Of a stretch of 64,000 nucleotides of DNA, positions 1 through 12,249 are shown one piece after another. Below the pieces are notes generated by a model, which was given only the letters and a program-made list of their open reading frames with translations, had not been told where the DNA came from and made no database searches. The position numbers and the translations under genes were made by a program. The DNA comes from Hydrolagus affinis. Taxonomy: Eukaryota. The first letter of the stretch is position 1. Each line of letters opens with the position of its first letter. The DNA is taken from contig JAAILG010000179.1 in NCBI GenBank assembly GCA_012026655.1, forward strand, positions 1 through 64,000, written 5' to 3'.

Positions 1-120
1 GTCCTGCCCCGACTCCTCCCCCGCTGCTCTTGTCCTTACCTAACTGTACAGCGCCTTGGGACGTCCTCTCGACGTGAAAGGCGCTTAATAAATGTAAGAT
101 TTGTTGTTGTTGTTGTTGTA
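1..120 (+). mobile_element. L2 LINE 3' tail
   Basis: gcgccttgggacgtcctc...gtgaaaggcgct...aaatgtaa followed by (GTT)n; the same tail closes longer L2 pieces at 27360-27573 and 56260-56903. Confidence 0.8.
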
Positions 121-2104
121 ATGCTAATGCCACAACTTGCTAGAATGGAATATTGGTGCTTTCCCCAGTAGCACAGCACTATTGAGATAACCATGTTAAT
201 GACTTGTCTATACTTTGCAGATTCATTGATGGGATTTTGATACAAATGTGCTTCCTCCTTCTATTGTAATCCTATCCCCTGCCCATCATAATTTTTTTCT
301 CCCTGATGCGCTCTGCTTGAGGAGCACTATATAAGATGCAAGTTGCTTTCTCTTTTTGCTCCGGTTTGTCTTCGCCTTCATCCAACTTGGTTGTTAAATG
401 ATTTGATTTTGTGTATTGCTACCTGAAACATACAATAATGGCATAGTGTGTATATTTATCTTGCAACACAGTTTAGTTTTGTGTATTGTATGTATACTTT
501 AGCTTTCTCCTGTATGTGTGTGTGTGTGTCTCTCCCTTTTCCATCTGAAATTCAGTGCCTTTTTAAAAAAAAATTGCCTAATGTTGAATCTTTTGCAATT
601 GAGCAGTGTTAACACTGGCACACAATGATCCATCTGGTTGTCTTCCTGACAGTTAGTCTGAGCATATTGGAGAGGCTGTGCTGGAGGATGGGCCTAAAGC
701 CTGGGGGTGGATTTGACCTGTTCCTGTTGTGCTGGCAGTTAATTGGTTGACAACCTTGAGGAGAAAAATATGTTAAGTTGTACAGAAACATGTAGAGAAT
801 GGGAAACTAAATGAATTTTTTTTATTGGACACGTCTAGTATGTAACTTCCTATTCCTTTTTTGGTGTTGTTAGTGTTGCATGATGTAATAGATCTGAACT
901 TATTTTGTGCCTTTTATACAGTCAGTATCGATTGATGGCTGTACATATTGGATTTTATTTTTTTTATTTTTGAGGGGGTGTTTTAAGTTAAGTGTTTTAA
1001 CTTGTTTTATTGTGGGTAGTGTTTTTTTAAAAGATATTTTTGCAGTTGTGAAATCTGAACTATGTCAGCTGCACGTGATATCTGGTCACATGATTGACCT
1101 TGTGATTGTTCAATGGAATAACAGCTCTGAAAAAGTGGTATTAACTACAGCTCGTCTACTGGATACTCCATACTGTGAGTAGCTGGAGCTGGATATCGCT
1201 TCTGGAGGGAATCCTCCTACACTTTGAATTATAACCATAGTGATGCAACCAGGTTGAAGTGGAAAGATTGCGGCATTAATATGGTATTCCATCTGCTTTT
1301 GGAGGATTGATTCATCACTGTGGGTAGTGGAGCGTTTAGCACAATGTACAGTTAGAGTGGGGCATTCAGGACGTACAGTTATGGCAAGGGGGTACATTGG
1401 TGTATTGTACAGTGTTCACAGACTGAGTGTGTTTGCTGCTCCCAGGATTTTGTAATGGGTCTCTTGAGCCAGTTGCTAGGAGATTTTCCTCCAGTGGTCT
1501 GGCATGACTTGCCCTCTGATTTAATCTTCGCCCCAGTTACTAATGCTCGTCAAGACGTGCTTTGATGGGGTCTGGGTTTCTGTGCAAGAGGAATGAATGG
1601 CAGTCTTCTTCTTCGGAATGTTGCATCTGAACTCTGAACTCACATGGGTTGCGAGGGTTGGTTGTCTCAGTTATAATCAAATGACGAGGACTTTTCGTTC
1701 TTGACATCTGAGCATCTGCTGCTCATAACGAAAGTCTCTCAGTTTCTTTCCAAAAGAAAAGCAGCTTCAGAAAGCTTGTCTTTTGAAGCATTAATTATCC
1801 TTTTCCTGTTAGGAGCAGCTGCATGTTGCATCTATTGAGAGAGGTGATGGGGCAGGCATCTCAGCAGTGAATGGCTCCACTGGTCAAATTTAATACACAC
1901 TTTCCTCCTCATTTTACTTTCCTCTCCCACCCTCGATTAACTCCCCTCCCTTTTCCTCTCCTGCATGGTTAATGGCAATGTGCAGATACTTTGCCTCCTT
2001 AGCTATTCTTTGCACGTGTACATTGATTGTGAACCTTGGTAGGGTTTTCACAATATAATAAAGATAGATTGTTGGGGAGATACTGATAGATTGTTGGGAA
2101 AATA

Positions 2105-2360
2105 ATCATAGAATCATATCATAGAATGATATAATCATAGAATATTACAGCACTGTCTGTGTAAAAGGCACCCATTCAGCTGATCGTACCTGTGCCGGCT
2201 CTTTGGAAGAGCTACCCAATCAGCCCCACTCCCCCGTTCTTCCCCTATTTCCTTGCAATTTTTTCCTCTTCCAAGTACCTAGCCAATTCTCTTTTGAAAG
2301 TTGTCATTGAATCTGTTTCCACCACCCTTTCAGGCAGAGCATTCCAGAATGCAACAAAGC
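2105..2360 (-). mobile_element. CR1 LINE 3' end
   Basis: catagaat-type tail repeats, ccattcagc, tccaccaccctttcaggcag; same sequence as the end of the long CR1 at 43778. Confidence 0.8.
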
Positions 2361-2849
2361 TGACTTCCTTCAGGTTTCTTTCTCTGTCTCTCTCCCTTGG
2401 ATTCTTGTAGTTAATGTGATGCTCCCACTGCTGTCTCTACTGAGATCAGGTTGAAGTTGGGATATTACTGGTCCCAACAAGGTGTGTTGCATAAGGCTGA
2501 AGCCCAGGATTAAGTTGTTTCTGCATTGCAGGTTTTTCACACTTGTCAAAGAATTGTTACATCACTGAGCCATCCATTTACTTTAAAAGAAAATACATCA
2601 GCACTGAAGTTAACGATTCTCCAGCTTTTACACTGACTATTGTGTTAAATTATGATAAAAATATAGCACCTCTTGTATAATAAGAAAAACGGATTTAAAT
2701 GCTTTAATTTAAATCTTAGCAGAATTCATTGGCAACTAGATGTGGTGAAATGTCTTTGTAGTAACAAGTGTGCTGTATGTTTGGTGCTATTGAGTCTTTA
2801 ATAACTGGGTCTGTGATTGTGCTATGCTGTAGTAACAGAAATAAGTGCT

Positions 2850-3085
2850 TAGAACCAGAGAAATTTGCAGCCCAGTTTGGCTCATGTCTGCTGACTCTTT
2901 TAAGAGCAACCCTTTCAGTTCCATTTATGTGCCCTTTGCCATAACCCTGAAGTTGTACCTTTTTAAGGTATTTTTCTAGCTGCCTCATGAATGCTAATAT
3001 GCATTCTGCATCAACCACCACTCTTGGCAGGGCATTCCATATCCTAACTACACTGTGAAACAATTTCTCCTAATCTCCCCATTTG
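2850..3085 (-). mobile_element. CR1 LINE 3' fragment
   Basis: Minus-strand ORF VVRIWNALPRVVVDA, typical of the CR1 ORF2 C-terminus. Confidence 0.8.
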
Positions 3086-3097
3086 ATCATACCTGAT

Positions 3098-3663
3098 GGG
3101 AGTCCGGTAGCTCTCGCCAAAGGGTAGAGGGATTAAGGAATATGGGGAAAGGGCAGGTAAATGGAATTAGGTTAGATGATCTTATTAAATGGGCAGGCTT
3201 GAGAGGCTGAATGGCCTACTCCTGCTCCTATTTCTTATGTTCTCACAAGCAAGAGGACCTGGTTCGATTCTGGGGCAGGGTGAAATGTTGGGTAAGTTTC
3301 CTTACTCCATACGCTTATGTTTATCTAGCAGTAAGTAGGGACCCAGTTATTAGGTGATTGACGGATTGCTTTTCTGGGGTAATAATCCCTGTTTAAAAAA
3401 AATTGGTCACTTAATCCACGCCTGTTTCTGTGACACTGCTGTGTGCAATTGGCTGTCACATTTCTCCCACTAAATATAGTCAATTCACTTTATTCTGTGA
3501 TGTATATTCTGTGAAGCACTTTGAGAGGTCTAGAAACACTGATTGTCCAGCACCTCAGGCAATCCTCTTGACATGAAAGGCACGCTACAAATGTAATTTT
3601 GTTGTTGTCCGTGCTGTTGAAAGATGTGATAGGGCACTATATCAAATGCAAGCATTATTATTA
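3098..3663 (+). mobile_element. tRNA-derived SINE interrupted by a CR1 tail (about 3120-3243) and an L2 tail (about 3540-3610)
   Basis: SINE head split at ctcgcc|...|tcacaagcaagaggacctggttcgattc; the SINE tail resumes near 3618 and ends in (TTA)n. Confidence 0.7.
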
Positions 3664-4757
3664 TCTTAAACTGATGCCCTCGAGCCACCGACTCACCAAC
3701 CAGTGCAAAACAAATCTACTTATTGACTATAAACTGCGTTTGTCTTGTTTGTACTGTAGAGTCTGCAGTGAGTGGGAGGGAGAAGGATGTTGCCTCTTAT
3801 TGGACAGTTACAACACCAGTGGAACACCTTGACTGTGATAGGAGACCTGGAAATGTGGACATATTTTTGTAGGGCTGCTTGTAAAAGAAATAACAGCTGG
3901 GATGCATAATCTACAAGGAAAATATGTTGCATGGCACTAACACAGCATGAGGATCAAGTGATCTATAAATCTTGAGAATCAAAGACCGGGTAGCTGAACA
4001 GTTCTGGAGCTTGTCCCGTGTCATTTTGTAGCAGTACAGGTGGTCTTGGGAAGAATGCTTTAACCTGGTGTGGCCAAAATTCTGGTGTCATGGCAGATAT
4101 GATCCAGTCGTAGGATCTGAACTGGAGAGATTTGATCCATAGTGAGTGAGATTCCAGCGTACATCACAGACGATCAATGTCTAGCCATTTGATTCATGAT
4201 ATTCTGATCTCATTGTTTGTGGGATATGGCTGGCATAAATTCATAAGGGATTTAAAAAAATATTATCAGATCATCATCCCCTTTTGATTGAGATTTCATT
4301 TGCTTTATAGACACAATGGATCTCCTGCTAATTTAAACAAATATGGAACTTTTGTCCAAGTTGTAACTAATTGGCTGCTCAATGCATTGTTTGTGGGATA
4401 TTGCTAGTGCAAATTAGCTGACACGTTTGCATCCACAACGCTTTCATCTTGAATTCTATTCTGTAAAGTGTTGTGAGACTTTTATATGAAAAGAGCTATA
4501 TAATTTATTTTTGCTTGTGCGTATAGTCAATTTACTTTTCACTAGACTGTAGGCAGAAGTGAGACTTGCTCCAATGGAAATTTCTGAGAGATGCTGCCAA
4601 ACAATGAGGTTTTCTCCATGTTTATCTGAGTTGAATCTGATTTCAGGTAACATACCAGGTACAAAAATGTGTCCTTTTCAGAGAGTTATGCATTCAAACT
4701 GGCCTGTTGCCTAAGCACTAATGCTACAGTTGTTAACCCTGTAACGTAATTAGGTAT

Positions 4758-5045
4758 TAATAATAATAATCCTTGCATTTGATATTGCGCTTTTCACATT
4801 TTCTAGATGTCTCAAAGCACTTCACAGAATATACTATAGTGAATTGCCGCTAAACACGGCAGCCAGTTGCACACAGCAGTATCCCACAAACAGTCGTGGA
4901 TTGAAATGACCAATTTTTTTTTAGGGGTATTATTATTAGGCATGTGGAGTAAGGAAACTTGCCCAAGGTTTCGCCCTGATCTGCCTGGATTCAAACACAG
5001 GTCTCACGCTTGTAAGGCGAATACTCTTAACCACTGAGCTTCTTC
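4758..5045 (-). mobile_element. tRNA-derived SINE (dominant family)
   Basis: Reverse A box (aaccactgagct) and B box (ggattcaaac); body and (TAA)n tail shared with more than 10 copies in the window. Confidence 0.85.
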
Positions 5046-5149
5046 CCTATTCTCCTGCAACTCCTCTCCAGATGGAGGCATAGGGACTGACTATCAGAGC
5101 ACAATTTCTCTTCCACCTTCACTGCATTATGTTTTACAATAATCATCCA

Positions 5150-5440
5150 TGCATTTGATAGCATTTTATCAGGTTGTCAAGACTTCTCAAAGTGCTTCAT
5201 AGGATTTTTATTTTCTGTAGTAACTGTATATTTTGTGGGCGAACACAGCCACCAATTTGTGCACAGCAATGAAATGAATGATCAATTTACCTGAAGGATT
5301 GTTGGCCAGGGCATTTGAAGGAAATTTCTCTTTTCTTAGTGCCATGGAATCTTTTGTATCCCCGTGAACAGATGACATACGAAGCACTGCACTTCCAATA
5401 CTACTGCCGTATCCCAGCACTGCAGAGCGAATTGGTCAGT
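5150..5440 (-). mobile_element. Old Deu-core SINE relic (AmnSINE1/SacSINE1-like)
   Basis: gttggccagggca...agtgccatggaatctttt...gcactgcacttcc resembles the Deu-domain consensus as I recall it; a + strand relic lies at about 21050-21320. Confidence 0.55.
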
Positions 5441-5789
5441 CAGCTGGGACCACTTTTGCATGCGTTACTAGCACCAGAAACATTTAAAAGTGCTTGTGGT
5501 TGACTGGCAGGAAGTTGGCCTGTCGGCATTGGAAGTATACCACGCTTCAGAAACCACAGGAGACTTGTGTTTTAAGTTAACTTGTGTTTCTATTCAACAA
5601 TAGGGTTTCTGCTTCAAGGCGCTTTGCAATGGGATCACTGTGTACTTGGGTGTTTGTGAACACCTCTGCTCATTGTTCCTGCTGATGGGTAATAACAATT
5701 TGTCCTTTTTTTTGGTGTCTACCATAGAAGTTCACCATCTCAAATTACTTGGTAAAGATTATAGGCAGAAGAGAAACAACAAGGGTACA

Positions 5790-6030
5790 TTTTAGGCTGT
5801 TGATCAATGGTATGCTCTTGAAGGTAGGTAGAGAAGGGGCGAGGGGGAGGCTGGCCGTAAGCATAGTCGAAGAGGAAGGTTTTCAAGCGGGACTTGAAAA
5901 AGGGGAGAGCCCGGTGCCAGTTGAGTGGAGGCACCATATGGTGGATTGGGGAGTGAAGAGGTTGGAGAGGTGGAGGTGCAGGGGTTTTGAACACAAGAAT
6001 GAAGATCTTGAAAGACCAAATGCCTCTGAA
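5790..6030 (-). mobile_element. L2 LINE 3' fragment
   Basis: Minus-strand peptides FKIFILVFK and FKSRLKTFLF. Confidence 0.75.
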
Positions 6031-6366
6031 ATGCACCAAAGCATGCATGCCCAACATCCTCCGCCAAGTGTCTGCGACTGTTGCAGCTGCACAGTGGAGG
6101 TGGGGCACGCATGCTCTGTAACGATCAAGTGCTGGCTGAGAAAGCGAGAGAGAGAGTAGCACCAAGGAGCCGAGGAACACAAGTTTCAACAAATAAATTT
6201 AGACTAAAACGGGTTTTTAACAGATAAACTGACAGTTCCCAGGGACACCCTATCACAGTGACAGATGCTCACTCTGCAAAGGCACATTGTGTGTGGGTAT
6301 ACACACAATGAGCTCATAGCGCTCCTGTGGCTAAAGGAAGGACATATGCCTAATTCAGTATATCTG

Positions 6367-6742
6367 ATAATAATCCTTGCATTTGATATAACAATAATAA
6401 TCCTTGCATTTGATATAACGTTTAATCGTGCCTTCGAAACATCTCAAAGCATTTCACAGGACATACTATAAAGTTATATTTGGGATGAAACATAGCAGCC
6501 AATTGCGACCAGCAGTGTCCCACAAATAATCGTGGTTTAAGTGACCAAATTATTATTGTTACTATGTTTGAAAGGATTATTACCCCCAGGAAAGCAATCT
6601 TCCAATCAACTAACAATATGGTTTCTGCTTACTGCTAGGAAAACAAGCATGTATGTGGATTAAGGAAACTTGCCTAAGGTTTCACTCTTATATAGCTTTA
6701 GAGATGTCTCAAAGCGCTTCATTGAATATACTGTAAAGTGAA
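6367..6742 (-). mobile_element. tRNA-derived SINE pieces with a duplicated tail unit
   Basis: ataataatccttgcatttgatataac occurs twice; the body matches the SINE family; a second SINE piece starts near 6700 and is interrupted at 6743. Confidence 0.75.
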
Positions 6743-6921
6743 ACAAAAACAAAAGTTGCTGGGGAAACTCAGCAGGTCAAGCAGCATTCATGGAGAAAGG
6801 AAAAAGAATCAACGTTTCGGGTCTACAACCCTTCCTTTCTTCATGGATGCTGCTTGACCTGCTGAGTTTCTCCAGCAACTTTTGTTTTTGTTTCAGATTC
6901 CCAGCATCTGTAGTATTTTGT
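6743..6921. mobile_element. Palindromic Penelope-like retroposon remnant, 18-bp TSD
   Basis: Inverted arms ctcagcaggtcaagcagcat / atgctgcttgacctgctgag; aatatactgtaaagtgaa repeated at 6725-6742 and 6922-6939. Confidence 0.75.
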
Positions 6922-6946
6922 AATATACTGTAAAGTGAATTGACTA

Positions 6947-7272
6947 TAGTAAAACCTTGATAATCCTGCACGGTTGGGCCCCCTCACCTCCCGGAGTTTG
7001 CTGGTGTTTAGAACCTACCTAGAAATGGCTGGGGAAGTCTCGCCCCATATATCACGTGTGCTGTAAACACAGCACTGAAGCCAAAATCTGCTCGAGCTCC
7101 ACCCACAGGGCTGGATGGCAGAGCGGTGGCAGCCTGAACAACAAGCAGCTGTTCCGAACTTCAGGAGATTTGCTGGATATTGGGAAAAAATTTATGCTAT
7201 ATGTATTTTGAAGTCTTGCTGGTTTTAAGGAGTTGTCAGCTTTTGGAATATTGGATTATCGAGGTTTTACTG
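6947..7272. mobile_element. Tc1/mariner-pogo (Tigger-like) MITE, family A
   Basis: TIRs (c/t)agtaaaaccttgataatc ... gattatcgaggttttactg; interior homologous to the copy at 37567-37853. Confidence 0.8.
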
Positions 7273-7734
7273 TTTATACTCCATGGACAAAATGCACGCT
7301 CGGGTGATAACCCATAACTGAACGCTTTCCCCTTGAAGTGACAAGTCATCCAGAGTTTACTATAGTATATTGATGGATGTTGTTAAATTCAAAGTTATAA
7401 GTGATGTATAAACTGTATAGATCTTTAAATCCGTATAGACATTGCCAGAGCTGGAATATTGTGTGCAATTCTGGTCCCCACATTATAGAAAATATACCAG
7501 AGCTGTGGAGAGTAGATTGGTCAGGATTAAACTGGAGATAAAAGAATATAGCTATGAGGAAACACAAGACAATGGAGCATAGAAAATTGAACAGTCATAT
7601 ATGGTGGACGTGTGTAAATTAACAAGGGATTGAGATAATTAATCATTAAAAAAAATTCAGCTGTTAGATTTGAAAACAAGAGGGCACGAGTTCGAGATTG
7701 TGTAAAAGGAAAGATTCAAAATGTCTTCTCTGAG

Positions 7735-8750
7735 GATGGTCCTCCTGGACCTCTCCGCTTTGTTCGACCATGCCATCCTCCTCCACCACCTGTCCTCCAT
7801 CATCCACCATAGTGGGGCCGCACTCACATGGTTCAAGTCCTATTAATCTACTGCCAGCACTTCACCTAAGGCGAGGATTTTTTCTCTCACCCCGCCTGGT
7901 CATCTGTGGGGTACTCCAAGGCGCCATGCTTGGCCCCTTTTCCTTATCTATAAGCTCCCACTCGGGGACATCATCCGCAGATATGGGGTCAACTTCCACA
8001 ACTTCCAGATATTAAGCTTGGATGAGCGCAAATTTCATGCAGCTGATTATCGACAAAACAGGAGTAATACAGTTTGGATCCCGTCAACGTCTTCTCCCCT
8101 GTGGGTCTGAACCCCAGCTTTCCTTTCTACCACACATCCCTTCCCTGACCAGGACCACTTTTTTCCACCTCCGTCACATTGCCCATCTTCGACCATAGCT
8201 CACAACAGACGCAGCTGAAATCCTTATTTATCCTTATTCACTTCCCGACTGGACTATTCCAGTGGCCTTCACTGGTCTCCCCAACTCTACCGTACACAAA
8301 ATCCAATTAATACAAAATTCCCCTGCACCTACACAAAACTCCATACCCCTATAGCACCAGTCCTTGCCAGGCTCATTATCATCGAATAGATCAATTTCAA
8401 GATCCCCTGACTTGTTTTCAAATCACTTTATTCCCTCACACCTCCTTACCTATCTGACCTGCTTACACCCATTCCACGACACGTTGCCTTGCTTGGCACT
8501 GGCCTCCTATTGTCCTTTGTGCTCTCCGTTCCACCATCGATTGCCGTGCCTTCAGCCATTACTCAGCAAAAGTTCCTCCGCCTTTACCCCTCACTCTCTA
8601 CCTTCAAATACCACCTAAAGACCTTCCATTTTGATTGTGCATACAGTCACTCCCCCTTCCTCTTCCCCTGGCTCGTAAGACTCTCACTATGAAGCACGCC
8701 AGGATGCTACCACGTGTGAAGGGCACTATATAAATGCAAGTTATTGTTAG
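7735..8750 (+). mobile_element. Degenerate L2 LINE (RT region to 3' tail)
   Basis: Broken RT peptides (CGVLQGAMLGP, LDYS, FKYHLKTFHF) and an L2 tail. Confidence 0.8.
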
Positions 8751-9100
8751 TGGAAATAGTGGTGGTGGTCAGGGACTAATATTTTAAAATGTGGAGAAAT
8801 ACATCCAAAATAATGGTATTGAGAAAGAGCAAGGAATTGGGATTAGGATGATGGCCTCTTGGAGGAGCAACGGGCAACATTCAAGAATGGACAAAATCTT
8901 CTACTGTGACCCAATTTGATGGTTCCAGGCCTGGAAGCGTAACATTTGATGGTGGGAGGGAGAAACGGGTTGTAGACCTGAGCTGGAAGAGTAGAATAGG
9001 GATAATTGCACAGGTTGGGTGGGACAGGAAAGAGAGCCATATTGATTGGATCAGTAACAGAAGACTGCCGATATGACATGACAGATATGCGGATAACTGT

Positions 9101-9433
9101 AGAGTCCTGTAGCTTAATGGCTTGAGCATTCGCCTCGAAAGCAAGAGGACCTGGATTCAATTCCCAGGCAGGGCGAAGCATTGGGCAAGCTTCCTGACTC
9201 CATATGCCTCTGTTCACCCACCATTAAGTAGGAACCCGGTTGTGAATTGATTGGCCGGATTGTTTGTCTGGGGGTAATAATCCCTTCAAAAATTGCTGTG
9301 CGCAATAAACTGCTGCGTTTCGCCCACAAAATATAAGTCAATTCACTTTACTGTATAATCTGTGAAGTGCTTTGAGACGTCTTGAAGACGTGATAAGGTG
9401 CTATATCAAATGTAAGGATCTTTATTATTATTA
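9101..9433 (+). mobile_element. Near full-length tRNA-derived SINE
   Basis: A box tagcttaatgg, B box ggattcaattcc, family body, (TTA)n tail. Confidence 0.87.
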
Positions 9434-9845
9434 CGCATTCCTATTGTGATGAGGCAGGAAATCCCAAATATTATAAAATTAATGTTTTTTTAAATGGTTG
9501 TGAGAAAGTGAAGAAAGCACAGTTGATTTTTTTCATTCTTGCCTTGTAATCAACATCCTGGATTCTCCTTTGACCACCCAGGATGGTAGCCTGTGGGCAT
9601 ATTGACATCCCATGCTTTCTCTGCATTGCAAAATAAACATCCTGTACCAGGCCAGCAGCACCATGGCTTCAATTTACGATTTTTGGTACCAAAGCTCATA
9701 GTCTTAAGGTGCATCTCAGTGCTGGGTTGTTGGGAGTGGAGGGGCTGTATTGTCAGAATGCCTTCCTTCAGAAGAGGAAGAAAAGGAGTTTTCATGTGTC
9801 TGTTTTCAACTTTGACTTTATCTCCCCCCCTCCTCCTTCACCACC

Positions 9846-10645
9846 ATTATGACGACAACAAAATTACATTTGTATATCATCACATGAAACCCACCACATG
9901 CCCCCTAGACCCCATCCCTACCCCTCTCCTTACTTCCCAGCCCCACCTCCATGCCCCTCTACTCAAAGACATCATCAACCTCTTCTTGTCCACTGCCACC
10001 GTTCCCACCCCCTTAGAATGGTCATCATTACCACAATCCTCCAAAAAACTTCTGGACCCATCGCTGCTCTCCAACCACCACACTATCTCCAACCTCCCTT
10101 TCTTTTCCAAGGCCCTGAAACGAGTTGTCGCTTCGCTCCTTCCTCTCCCACCACTCCCTCTATGAACAACAACCTTGGGCAAAGTAACAACAAAATTACA
10201 CTTGTACAGTGCCTCACACATCGGGAAGATGTCCTAAAGCGCTGGTCAGTCAGTGTTTCTGACCCGGGTTGGGATTGGGGAGGGTGGAGGGGAAGAGGGT
10301 GGTGACTGACGGCACAGTTGAAGAGGAGGGCGTTGAGGCGGGTCTTGAAGAAGCTAGGGAGGGGGCGAGGTGGAAGGACTGCAGGATGGAATTCCAAAGT
10401 TTGGGGGCGAAGTAGCAGAAGGCTTGTCGATGTGGGCAAGTGGATCGGGGGATATGAAGCACGCCAGAGTTCGCTGAAGCAGCAGATAGGTTGTTAGGGG
10501 GTTAGGAGATTGCAGAGGTAGGGAGGGGCAAGGCCATGGAGAGCTTTAAAGGTGAGGACCAGGATCTTGAATTGAATCGTCTGAATGATGGGAAGCCAGT
10601 GGAGTCAGGTGAGAATGGGGGTGATAGGGTCCCAGATCTTGAACT
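9846..10645. mobile_element. Two L2 fragments in opposite orientation
   Basis: Plus strand KPTTCPLDPIPT...ISNLPFFSKALKRVVA (about 9880-10160); minus strand 3' end FAPKLWNSI / FKTRLNALLF plus tail (about 10186-10645). Confidence 0.8.
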
Positions 10646-10648
10646 TAT

Positions 10649-10775
10649 GGTCATGGACCCAACACATTGTCTCACTTTTCCTTTCTCCATAGATGCTGCC
10701 TGATCTGCTGAGTATTCCTAGCAACTTCTGTTTTTGTTTCAGATTTCCAGCATCTGCAGTATTTTGTGTTTTTGC
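10649..10775 (+). mobile_element. Single arm of the Penelope-like repeat
   Basis: ggtcatggaccc...gatgctgcctgatctgctgag...cagatttccagcatctgcagtattttg. Confidence 0.75.
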
Positions 10776-10911
10776 ATAATAATAATTTGGTCATTTCAAT
10801 CCCTGACGGTTTGTGGGACACTGCTGTGTGGAATTGGCTGCCGTGTTTCGCCCGCAAATATACAGTCAATTCAATATCAAATGCAATGGTTTATTTATTA
10901 TTATTTTCTGA

Positions 10912-11085
10912 CCAGGGAGGGGAAGAATCTGCTGGTATTCCTGTTGCCGATTGCTATCCAATGACCTCCTGCTGGAAAGTATGTGTGTGTGTGTGTGTGG
11001 GTGGTTTAACAAGATTGGGTCCAGGTGTGGTGCAGTTGCTCTACAGTTAAATTGCCTCCTACACTCCCTCTCCTGGTTAAACCTG
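10912..11085 (+). mobile_element. LF-SINE-like ancient SINE fragment
   Basis: gggaggggaagaatctgc...ttcctgttgccgattgctatccaatgacctcctgctggaaagtatgtgtgtg resembles the LF-SINE core as I recall it (GATCGCTATCCAGTGACCCCTGCTGGAAAGTG). Confidence 0.65.
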
Positions 11086-12249
11086 TGCAGTGTGGCTCTT
11101 CAGTTGCAGTCAGTCACCTCTGGGTCAGAAACGTCTGGAATCTAGCCCTATGATAGGACATTATTTCAGTCTGGCCAAACGTCCTCCACGTAAATGAGTC
11201 ATTCACTACTTGGCTGTTGGTGAGATTTTGCTATGCACAACTGACTGTAAAAATACTGACTAAAATTGAAAGTAATTAGGCTGTAAAGTACTTTTTCTTA
11301 GTCAGGTTCTGAAATGTGAGAATGTATTGTCATGCTTAGGAGCACCCAAACCGTATAATTCCACATATGCATGTAGATTTGTTTACCTTTGATTAGAATA
11401 GTGTTTGTAGTCTTTCCATGGAGGGACACACCCTGCATAGCTAATTTCAGAATGTATTTGGCACTGGTTATCTCATGGCCTTTGCACCATACCAGGGAGA
11501 AAACAGATGAATTAGGTTAACCGGCAACTTGCTTGCAGGCATTTGACAGTGCATCTCTGGCTTACGTTTAGGTTTATAAGCCATTTCACTGTTCGGATCA
11601 TTGCAATAAAATATCTGCCGAGATATAATAAACTGGCGGAATGGGCTGAATAGCCTCCTCCAGTTTTTCTATGTTCCTGTGTTGTTTGGATATCGGTGAT
11701 AAAGAATACAATACTGGAATTGTGTTTGGAAAGGGAAATTTATTTGTCAAAGAAGGCTCCTCCTCCTATGTAAATAGTTACAGGTTTATGGCTTCCTTTT
11801 AACCTTCATCAACCTGGAGTCAAAAAGGGTCTGCTTGATGGGCATGGCACCAGTATTCACAAAGTAATTGCTATTGTTGAATTTTTAGGGGAGAATTAAA
11901 AAATCACAGACAAATGTGTCAATTGACTCAGCACATTGTAATAGAGAGAAAAATGTCTAGCTTGATTCACCAAGTGTGCCCTCTGCTGGTGAAAACTGGA
12001 ATATGTTTTGATTATTTATGTAATCTTGCTCCATCATAGATCAATGGTAGTGAGATACAGTGTATTGATCATCTCTAAAAACAATTGGTCAGCAAGATAG
12101 AGCTGCAAATCACACATTTTATACATTTTTAACTTTCGCCAGACCCCTTTCCCTTTTTTGCCGATTTTCTCCCCTACTCCTAAAAGCATTTTACTTTTTA
12201 AAATACTAAGAACTAGGGGAACAAAGGGATTTGGAAGTCCATATCCACT

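Noticed and set aside
1681-1740. Hammerhead ribozyme (atgacga...gaaagtc)
   Set aside because: The core C3 is missing and the GAAA is sequestered in the outer stem; kept only as a hairpin.
9101-9175. tRNA gene (A and B boxes present; also at 63271 and about 4990-5045)
   Set aside because: These are SINE heads that run straight into the SINE body; I see no complete cloverleaf or Pol III terminator.
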